34,155 bases of DNA. It comes from Kiloniellales bacterium (GTDB lineage Bacteria; Pseudomonadota; Alphaproteobacteria; JBHICX01). The notes under the pieces were generated by a model. It was not told the DNA's origin and did not search any database. It was given only the letters and a program-made list of their open reading frames with translations. The stretch's first letter is position 1. Each line of letters opens with the position of its first letter. Location: NCBI GenBank assembly GCA_046759805.1, contig JBHICX010000002.1, positions 1-34,155 on the forward strand, in the 5' to 3' direction. Both the position numbers and the translations under genes were made by a program. Shown here piece after piece: positions 17,473 through 24,468 of this stretch.

Positions 17473-19223
17473 ATACCCCAACGGATGGCGACCAACGTCC
17501 TGCTCCCTGGCTGATCGGCGGGCCGGGGCGCAGCGGCAAGACCACGCTCGCGCTGGCGCTGAACAAGGGCGAGGGACCGGTCGCCGGGTTCCCGGTGGAG
17601 GGGCTGTTCACCTACTATCTGAAGCGCCGTTTCCTGAACTTCCCGGTGCACCGGCGTCAACTGTTGGCAGAGTACCTGACCCGGCCGCGCTATATGGACA
17701 GCGACCGGGACGTGGTGCGACGGCCCATCGAGTTCTTCCACCGGCCGCTCACGGACATCCTGGCGCGCATCCCGGCGACCGTCCGGCACCGGATCGACCT
17801 CATCGACTGGGCCTTGCAACGCTTCGCCGAGGATAACGGACGGCGGACATGGGCCGCCTTCGACCTGCATCCCGAGTTCCGCTACCCGAGCTTCCGGCGG
17901 CGCATCCCGGGATTGAAGCTGGCGGTGATGGTGCGCGACCCGCGCCGGTCGCTCCACGACATGATGCATTGGCGCCGCACGCCGATCGGCACGCCGCGCT
18001 TCGAGCGGCGCTTCCGGCACAGCCTCGTCATGTGGTGCCTGGGGCTCCAGGCGGCGCGGCGGCGCGCCAGGCGCTATCCCGGCGACGTCGTGCTGTTCTG
18101 CTTCGACGCCTTGATCCGGGGCGAGGCGCAGGAATGCGCGCGACTGGCCGACGCCTTCGGCATGCAGGCCGAGGCGCTTCGCGCCGCCTTCGCCTTCGAG
18201 CCGGCGCTGCGGCCCGAGGAGGGCAATCAAGCCGACCACCCGGGGCCGGACTTCTCCGCGCCCTACCTGGCCGAGATCGACCTCTTGTGCCGGCCGCTTG
18301 CCGGCGAATTCGTCCGCCAATTCGCGGCACCCGCGGCCGCCACGCGGGCGGCGCGGCGCGGGTTCCTGCGGGTGGCGCGGCTCCTCCTCGCCCTCGGACG
18401 CGTCTCGCCGCGCCTGGCTCGCCTGGCCGCCGACTTCGTCTATTTCCCCGCGAACAGCGCCCGGCGCATGGGCAACTCGCTGCTGCGCGTGGCACGGGAC
18501 AACCTCCACGCGATCGGGGGTCGGGCGCCGGGCGACGCCCCGATGGGGCGCCGCCCCGGACGCCCGTTGTTCTTCGTGGTCGCAGGCGCGCACGGCGTCG
18601 GCAAGTCCACCACCGTCGCCCAATGCCTGCGCATCCTTGAACGCCGCTCGATCCACGCCGAAGCCTTCCACCACGTCGTCGATACCCGTGGCGCCGGGAC
18701 CGGATCGCGCCACGCCGCGGGCCGCGCCGCGCCGCTCGGCTGGCGCCGCCTGGTGCCGGCGATGGTCAAGCTGGTCCTGGTGAGCCTCATCGACGAGGTG
18801 CGATACGCCTCCCGTGTCCACGGTCTCCTGCGGCGCGCGCTCAAGTCCGGGAAGCTCTCGGTCGCCGACCGCTACGTCTACGACCGCTGGGTCGATCTGC
18901 GGATCAGGGGTCGTCCATGGACGCAGATCGCCTCGGTGCGCCTGGCCTGCATGCTCATGCGCAAGCCGCGGCTGGTGGTGGTCCTGGAGGACGACCCGGC
19001 GCAGATCGCCCGGCGGAAGTCGGAGCTCACGGTCGAGGAGATCCGGCGCTACCAGGACGACCTGCCGCGGTTCCTGGAACGGCTGGGCGTCCCCCGCGCG
19101 GTGGTACGCATCGGCGGCCGGGACCCAGCCGCGGTGGCGGAGGAGGCGGTGCGGCGGATGCTGGCCGCGGCCGGCGACGCGGTGACCCCGTTCCTGGTCC
19201 CGGTGAGAAAGGCGGCGGAATGA
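17469..19223 (+). CDS. two-domain P-loop protein: N-terminal sulfotransferase-like domain fused to C-terminal thymidylate-kinase-like P-loop domain
   Basis: 584 aa with an ATGA overlap upstream. N-domain: LIGGPGRSGKTTL (5'-PSB/P-loop, aa 15-27) and LAVMVRDPRRSLHDMM (3'-PB-like, aa 151-166). Arg/Ala-rich linker at about aa 285-365. C-domain: FFVVAGAHGVGKSTT (aa 368-382), ADRYVYDRWVD and VVVLEDDPAQIARRK. Confidence 0.55.
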   Translation: MNTPTDGDQRPAPWLIGGPGRSGKTTLALALNKGEGPVAGFPVEGLFTYYLKRRFLNFPVHRRQLLAEYLTRPRYMDSDRDVVRRPIEFFHRPLTDILARIPATVRHRIDLIDWALQRFAEDNGRRTWAAFDLHPEFRYPSFRRRIPGLKLAVMVRDPRRSLHDMMHWRRTPIGTPRFERRFRHSLVMWCLGLQAARRRARRYPGDVVLFCFDALIRGEAQECARLADAFGMQAEALRAAFAFEPALRPEEGNQADHPGPDFSAPYLAEIDLLCRPLAGEFVRQFAAPAAATRAARRGFLRVARLLLALGRVSPRLARLAADFVYFPANSARRMGNSLLRVARDNLHAIGGRAPGDAPMGRRPGRPLFFVVAGAHGVGKSTTVAQCLRILERRSIHAEAFHHVVDTRGAGTGSRHAAGRAAPLGWRRLVPAMVKLVLVSLIDEVRYASRVHGLLRRALKSGKLSVADRYVYDRWVDLRIRGRPWTQIASVRLACMLMRKPRLVVVLEDDPAQIARRKSELTVEEIRRYQDDLPRFLERLGVPRAVVRIGGRDPAAVAEEAVRRMLAAAGDAVTPFLVPVRKAAE

Positions 19224-19233
19224 GGGCGCGCCG

Positions 19234-20754
19234 ATGACGCCGGGATCGGTCGGTTCGCGCGCCATGACCTGGCTGCCGCTGCCGTTGTTCGGGGCCTGGC
19301 CGTTCCTCGCCTTCCTCAACCACAATCAGGAGGACGCGCTCGACTACGGCGCGTCGGTCCTCGGGCTCGGCGCCGCCTATGTGGTGGTGCTGGCGGTTGC
19401 GGCGCTTGTCGCCGGGCTTCTGTTCCGGCGCAGCGCCCGGGCGCCAGCGGTGAACGCGCTGTGTGTGCTGACGGTGATGTTCTTCACCTATCTGCCGTTC
19501 TCGCGGACGCTCGCGGCCATGGGCGTCTCGCTGGGGACGGTGCGCCTCAGCCTGTGGCTCATATGCGCGCTGGGCCTGGCGGCGCTGGCCTGGCGGCTGT
19601 CGCGCTTCCAACGGGCGTCGTTCGTCGCCGCGCTCATGGGGGCGTTGCTGGTCGCCATGCCGGGGGTGCAACTGGCCTGGTTCGCCGCCGAGGGCGCCAT
19701 GGGGGGCCGGGCCGCTGACGCCGGCCCGCGGGTGGTCGGGGCGCAGGCGGAATCGCCCCCCAACGTGTACTGGTTCGTATTCGACATGTATGCCCGTGCC
19801 GACGTGCTGGAGGCGTATCTGGGCTACGACAACGGCGACTTCCTGGCCGCGCTCGGCCGGCGCGGCTTCTTCGTCGCCGATGAAGCGGTGGCCAACTACA
19901 GCAGTACCAAGCTTTCGCTCAGCACCACGGTCAGCATGGACTACTACCTGCCGGTGGGGCCGAAGCTGCATCCGCGGCTGTGGACCGACCGCCTGCAGGG
20001 CTACAACGCCGTGGTCGAGCGCTTCCATCAGCTGGGCTACCGCTACATCCACGCCGAGCCAGGCGGGGTCAACCGCAAGACCCGCTGCGGCGGCCGCGAG
20101 CAGCAGTGCATCTCCGGGCCGACCCGGGGCGTTCTCGGCATCAGCGAGGCGGAGGCCGGCCTCTTGAAACTGACGCCCTTGTATCCGGTGCTGATCGTCC
20201 TGGCGCCCGGCCTGCTGAGCTTCGATTTCACCGGCCTCGACGACGTGATCGCGGCGGTGCGGCTGGATGCCGAGCGGCCGCACTTCCTGTTCGCGCACAT
20301 CCTCTCGCCGCACCCGCCGGCCCGCTTCGGTCCCGGCTGCCGCCGCCTCACACGAACCGCCTGGGAGCTGGTCACCGAGGATTCCCCGAAGACCCGTACT
20401 GCCTACCTGCACGACCTCGGCTGCCTCAATCGGTTGATCCTGGAGGCGATCGACGAGATCCTGGCGCGGGATCGAAGCGACCCGATCCTGATCCTGCAGG
20501 GGGACCACGGCCTTAAGTTCGGCGCCGCGCCAGCTGGCGCCAGCGGCATGGAGCCGTGGCTGGGGGTGCACGGCATCCTGCATGCCATGCGTCGCCCTGA
20601 ACGCTGCCGCGACGATGCCTCTTCGCGCTTTTCGACGGTGAACACCTTCCGTATCGTGTTCGCCTGCATCGAGGAGACGCCCCTGGACCTGCTTGCCAAT
20701 CGGGTGTTCCGCTACCGCGGCCGCACGCTCACCGAGCTGGTGGCGGATTACTGA
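19234..20754 (+). CDS. membrane-anchored sulfatase-fold (alkaline phosphatase superfamily) hydrolase/transferase, paralog 2
   Basis: 506 aa (alternative Met at 19264). Collinear with 11132..12649: GAWPFLAFLNHNQ / ASWPFVAFLAANK; PPNVYWFVFDMYARAD / MPNVYWFLLDGYVRDD; SSTKLSLSTTVSMDYYL / DNTTFSLASTMGMDYVYL; HILSPHPPARF; ILQGDHGLKF; NTFRIVFACIEE. Confidence 0.75.
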   Translation: MTPGSVGSRAMTWLPLPLFGAWPFLAFLNHNQEDALDYGASVLGLGAAYVVVLAVAALVAGLLFRRSARAPAVNALCVLTVMFFTYLPFSRTLAAMGVSLGTVRLSLWLICALGLAALAWRLSRFQRASFVAALMGALLVAMPGVQLAWFAAEGAMGGRAADAGPRVVGAQAESPPNVYWFVFDMYARADVLEAYLGYDNGDFLAALGRRGFFVADEAVANYSSTKLSLSTTVSMDYYLPVGPKLHPRLWTDRLQGYNAVVERFHQLGYRYIHAEPGGVNRKTRCGGREQQCISGPTRGVLGISEAEAGLLKLTPLYPVLIVLAPGLLSFDFTGLDDVIAAVRLDAERPHFLFAHILSPHPPARFGPGCRRLTRTAWELVTEDSPKTRTAYLHDLGCLNRLILEAIDEILARDRSDPILILQGDHGLKFGAAPAGASGMEPWLGVHGILHAMRRPERCRDDASSRFSTVNTFRIVFACIEETPLDLLANRVFRYRGRTLTELVADY

Positions 20755-20811
20755 GAGATCGCGCCCCGGTTGCCGCCCGGCGGCGGCGCGGGACCTTCGG
20801 GAAACCTTGCC

Positions 20812-21087
20812 ATGACCCAGTCGAAACCGGATCGCCAGCTTTGCCTCATGCTCGCCGCCGCCGTCGGGCTGGTGCCGTCCGATGCCCTGGCCTATATCGA
20901 CATCGGCACCACCGGCATGCTGCTGCAGTTATTGGTGGCCAGCGTCGCCGGGGCGCTGGTGGTGGTGAAGATGACCTGGCGGCGGATGCGCGATGCCACG
21001 GTCCGGATGATCCGTGGCGCCGGCAAGCAAGCCGAGACCGACCCGGGCCACCCTGCGGCGGACCGCAGCCATACCGAACGGCAATAA
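20812..21087 (+). CDS. small membrane/secreted protein of unknown function, paralog A (AY[IL]D.GT.GMLLQLL motif)
   Basis: Start taken at ATG 20812. 91 aa: signal-like LCLMLAAAVGLVPSDALA, then YIDIGTTGMLLQLLVASVAGALVVVKMTWRRMRDATVRMIRG and a polar tail. Coding is supported by amino-acid-level conservation with 25740..25979, including synonymous Leu codon changes. Confidence 0.55.
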   Translation: MTQSKPDRQLCLMLAAAVGLVPSDALAYIDIGTTGMLLQLLVASVAGALVVVKMTWRRMRDATVRMIRGAGKQAETDPGHPAADRSHTERQ

Positions 21088-21092
21088 GGGTT

Positions 21093-21117
21093 TCGCCGCC
21101 GCCTCAGCGGGCGGCGA
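21093..21117. terminator. GC-rich hairpin between convergent genes (possible bidirectional terminator)
   Basis: tcgccgcc (21093-21100) / 9-nt loop / ggcggcga (21110-21117). It lies in the 16-nt gap between the stop of 20812..21087 (+) and the stop of 21104..22279 (-) and runs into the latter's 3' end. There is no clear U-tract. Confidence 0.25.
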
Positions 21118-22279
21118 CGCCGCGCGCGGGCCTTCTGTCGTCGGTGGCCACAGGGCAGAGCCGGCGCAGCGCCCGCGCCGCGATCTGGCGCGCCGCCGGC
21201 CCATCCACCTCGCGGATATTGTTGGCGGCCCGGGCCCGGGTGATGAGCGCGTCGTCCAACCGGTCCGCATGGGCCGGCGTGACATAGCGGGACAGCGCCG
21301 CCCCGAGCCCGAGTTCGTCGAACCAGTCCTCCAGTGATTGCGGCACCGCATCGAGGGCGCAGCCAAGGCCGGCGGCGATCGGCTTGAGCCGCTCCGGGTC
21401 ATCAGCCGCGTTATAGCGCGCGCATTCCGCCAGCGAGAAGCTGCAGGCAAGCCCATGCGGGACCCCGAAGCGGGAGGTAAATTGATAGCTGATCGAGTGG
21501 GCGAGCGCCGTCTGGGTGGTGCCCATGGTGAGCCCCGAGATGAGCGCCGCCGTCTGCATGCGCCGGCGCAGCTCTACGTCGCCGGGCTGGTCGAGCGCGG
21601 CCTTCAGGTTGTTCCGCACGACGCCGATCGCGGTGGTCGCCAGTGCGTCCGTCACCGGCGAGTGATGCCGGTTCCAAACCGATTCGATGGCGTGCGAGAG
21701 GGCGTCCAGACCGCTCGCCAGGGTCAGCTCCGCTGGCATCGATGCGCACAGCGCCGGATCGTGGACGGCATGCCCGGGACGCAGGCGCGGGTCACTGACC
21801 GAGAACTTGATCCCATCGTCGCCCCAGATCGTCCCCCACTGCGTCACCTCCGAGCCGCTGCCCGAGGTCGTGGGCACGGCAATGATCGGCACCGGCTCGA
21901 GATCGTCCGGCAACGGTCGGCCTTCGCGCAGATGCGCCATCAGGGTCGCCACGTCGCCGTTTATGCCGGTGAGCGCCACGATCCCCTTGGCCGCGTCCAT
22001 GACGCTGCCGCCACCCAGCGCCACCACCACCTCCCCCGGCGGAAAGTCCTCGGCCAGGGCGATGACCGCGGAACAGCTCGGATTGGCCTCGACGCCGCCG
22101 ATCCGGACCGCCGGCTCGCCGCAAGCGCCGGCGAGCCGGTCCGGGACATCGCCGTCGGTCCAGAACTGGCTGGTCACCAGGGCCCAGGATCGCCCGCCGA
22201 TCAGTTCGGCCAGGGCCTTGTCGCAATCGGGCCCTTCGACCACCTGGGTCGGGCAGCGAAACGGATGCGTCAGAACCAA
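21104..22279 (-). CDS. iron-containing (group III) alcohol dehydrogenase; candidate phosphonoacetaldehyde reductase
   Basis: 391 aa with a TTG start. VVVALGGGSVMDAAKGIVAL is the Fe-ADH glycine-rich motif. ..AVPTTSGSGSEVT.. and His-rich metal-site region (LDALSHAIES, ALAHSISYQ). The start overlaps the stop of the upstream HEPD/MPnS-like gene by 10 nt. Confidence 0.75.
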   Translation of the reverse strand: MVLTHPFRCPTQVVEGPDCDKALAELIGGRSWALVTSQFWTDGDVPDRLAGACGEPAVRIGGVEANPSCSAVIALAEDFPPGEVVVALGGGSVMDAAKGIVALTGINGDVATLMAHLREGRPLPDDLEPVPIIAVPTTSGSGSEVTQWGTIWGDDGIKFSVSDPRLRPGHAVHDPALCASMPAELTLASGLDALSHAIESVWNRHHSPVTDALATTAIGVVRNNLKAALDQPGDVELRRRMQTAALISGLTMGTTQTALAHSISYQFTSRFGVPHGLACSFSLAECARYNAADDPERLKPIAAGLGCALDAVPQSLEDWFDELGLGAALSRYVTPAHADRLDDALITRARAANNIREVDGPAARQIAARALRRLCPVATDDRRPARGVAAR

Positions 22280-23649
22280 CGTTTCGTCTCCCGGACCACG
22301 CGCCGGCGGGTCTCGGCGGGGTAGAGGGCGAACTCATCGAGCACCGATTGCATGAGGCTCCCCGCCACGCGGACTATGGCCAGATGACCTTCACCCTCGC
22401 CGGTCGGTCGGGCGAAACGGTGGCCTATCATCGGCCGGACATAGGCGGAATCTCCAGGCGCCAGCTCGGTTTGGTGCCGGTCGCCCCAGTTGAGGGCGAC
22501 CGCGGCATCGCCGTAGTTGTAGACGTACTCGTGGAGGCCGTGGCGCAGGACCGCGTCCCCGGTGTCCTCGGCGAGAACCGTCACCTCGAATCCCTTGAGC
22601 CCCGGTTGATGCTTGGTGCGGGCGAGCTCGGTCAGGCGGTAGGCGGCCCGGTTCGAGTCGGGCGGAAAGGCCCGGCTCGGCGACCGCGCCCTGGTGCGCA
22701 CCACCACCTCCTCCTTCGGCGTGAGCTGGCTGACCATCAGGTCGGCGGGTCGCAGATCGAGCGCCGCGGCCAGCGCCGCGACCTCCGCCCCTTGGGGAAG
22801 CCGCGCCCCGGCGGCCAGCGCCGCCGCCGCTTCCTCGTCGAGGCCGGCGTCCACGAGGCGGCGCATGAGCTCGCCCGAGGTCAGGCTTTCCGCCGCCAAG
22901 GCGCGGACGATGCGCGCGGCGAAGGCGCCCTGAGGGTCGCGCAGGTCCCCGGCCAGTCGATCGAGATCCGGTCCCTCCAGGTGGCGCAGGGCGTCGAGCG
23001 CGCCACGCACCTCGCCGGCATAGGTGACGGCGATGATAAGCCCCAGTCGCCGCGGATCGCGGCTGGTGAAGCTGTGACGGACGAACGGGGTGATGTAGTT
23101 CGAATCGCCGGTGTTCATCTCGGCACAGTAGCCGCGCCCATCGATCCGCCAGTAGAAGTTCACCGCGCCGACGAAGAAGGTCAACTGATGCATCAGGTGG
23201 CCGTTGTTGTAGGCCACGTCCGGATTATCCGGGTCCGAATCCTCGACCAGGCGCAGCGGCCGGATCCACTCCGGCTTGAAGGGGGCGAGCCGGCTCATCG
23301 CCGTATCGCGATAGTCGTAGTAGGGCGTCTCGGACCCGGCCCGGTCCTTGCGCTCGAAGACGCGCGACGACGCGTCGGAGTCCGCCCTGCGCATCACCTT
23401 GACACCGTCCTCGGTATCGTCGGCTTCCACCCACAGGTCGGCGAGCGAGATCGGGTAGGCCTCGGCCATCGCGGTGAGCAGCGATCGGGCGGTCGCCTCA
23501 TCGGCCTCACCGGCGATCACCCGACGCACCGTCGCCGGATCCCGGTTCAGCTCCCGCGCCAGCGCCTCGGGGGTGCGTTTGAGGTCGTTGGCCTCGCTGA
23601 GGATGCGGGCGCCCAGCGCCTGAAGGTGTCGGGCCTTTCGGTCTTGCAT
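22270..23649 (-). CDS. HppE/HEPD/MPnS-family non-heme Fe(II) dioxygenase (HTH + double cupin); candidate methylphosphonate synthase
   Basis: Start taken at ATG 23647-23649, overlapping the upstream TGA by 1 nt. 459 aa. XRE-like HTH ARILSEANDLKRTPEALARELNRDPATVRRVIAGE. Cupin 1: VAYNNGH151LMHQ155LTFFVGAVNF165...GDSNYI186TPFVRH192SF. Cupin 2: HEYVYNYGD..LAPGDSAYVRPMIGHRF. Upstream ORF residues 23650..23832 are judged to be a shadow extension. Confidence 0.8.
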   Translation of the reverse strand: MQDRKARHLQALGARILSEANDLKRTPEALARELNRDPATVRRVIAGEADEATARSLLTAMAEAYPISLADLWVEADDTEDGVKVMRRADSDASSRVFERKDRAGSETPYYDYRDTAMSRLAPFKPEWIRPLRLVEDSDPDNPDVAYNNGHLMHQLTFFVGAVNFYWRIDGRGYCAEMNTGDSNYITPFVRHSFTSRDPRRLGLIIAVTYAGEVRGALDALRHLEGPDLDRLAGDLRDPQGAFAARIVRALAAESLTSGELMRRLVDAGLDEEAAAALAAGARLPQGAEVAALAAALDLRPADLMVSQLTPKEEVVVRTRARSPSRAFPPDSNRAAYRLTELARTKHQPGLKGFEVTVLAEDTGDAVLRHGLHEYVYNYGDAAVALNWGDRHQTELAPGDSAYVRPMIGHRFARPTGEGEGHLAIVRVAGSLMQSVLDEFALYPAETRRRVVRETKRWF

Positions 23650-24452
23650 CACGTCACCCCGGCGGCTTCGACGATGGTGAACAGGCGTTGGCGGGCGGAG
23701 ATCGAGGCGAGCCTTTGGTAGTCCTGCGGCGTATCGAGTTCGGCCCAGCCCCGCTCGACCAGCGCGCAGTCGACCCGGATTCCCCGATTCACGAGCTCCT
23801 GGATCATATCCGTGATGTAGGCCTGGCGCCATTCCGTCGCCTCATGGAACGGCGCCAGCGGGTCGAGGCGTCGCGCCAATTCCTCGAACACGTTCCGGAA
23901 GGCGGCCGCGCCGGCGGCGCTCATTCGCCACAGGCCCAGGAATTCGCCACAGTTGTAGGAGGCCGCGTCGGCGGGATCAAGATGCTTGCCGGCCTTGAGG
24001 ACCGCGCCGTCGGCGGAAAGGAACACGTTCTCCGCCTCCTCGACCGGGTGGTCGGTGCGGCCCTCGTAATAGGCCCGCCAGTCGGTGTCGACGGCCAGCA
24101 CGATATCGCCGGGGGTCTCGACGAGCCGGCGGTAGATCGTCGGCTCGACCCAGATGTCGGAGTAGGTGGCGATGACCGGCCCGGCCAGATGATCGCGGGC
24201 GCACATGAACGAGTGCAGGATGTTGTTGTCGAGATAGTCCTGGTTCTCGACGCGAACGATCTCGCCCTGGTCGATGCGGTGACCGAGATAGCCGGTGACC
24301 ACCACCACCGTCCCGCAGCCGACATGGCGCAGGCGCTCGATCGTGTGCTCGATGAGCGGCCGTCCGGCCACCGGAAGCAGGCACTTGGGAATGTCCTTCG
24401 CGACGGCGTCCATCCGGGCGCCGCGCCCGGCCGCGATCACGATGCCCTTCAT
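23649..24452 (-). CDS. LicC/PntC-like nucleotidyltransferase (probable cytidylyltransferase for a phospho(no)-alcohol/phosphonate)
   Basis: Start taken at ATG 24450-24452, preceded by GAGGTGAG. 267 aa. MKGIVIAAGRGARMDAVAKDIPKCLLPVAGRPLIEHTIERL..VVVVTGYLGHRI is the NTP_transferase (GXGTRL...PK) signature, most like LicC-type enzymes. Confidence 0.8.
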   Translation of the reverse strand: MKGIVIAAGRGARMDAVAKDIPKCLLPVAGRPLIEHTIERLRHVGCGTVVVVTGYLGHRIDQGEIVRVENQDYLDNNILHSFMCARDHLAGPVIATYSDIWVEPTIYRRLVETPGDIVLAVDTDWRAYYEGRTDHPVEEAENVFLSADGAVLKAGKHLDPADAASYNCGEFLGLWRMSAAGAAAFRNVFEELARRLDPLAPFHEATEWRQAYITDMIQELVNRGIRVDCALVERGWAELDTPQDYQRLASISARQRLFTIVEAAGVT

Positions 24453-24468
24453 GCGCCGCTCACCTCGA

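Noticed and set aside
17418-19325. 635-aa minus-strand ORF covering the whole sulfotransferase/kinase-like gene
   Set aside because: Its composition is extremely Arg/Pro/Gly/Ala/Asp-rich with no recognisable motif. The plus-strand frame carries two P-loops and sulfotransferase motifs. This is a typical antisense shadow ORF of high-GC DNA.
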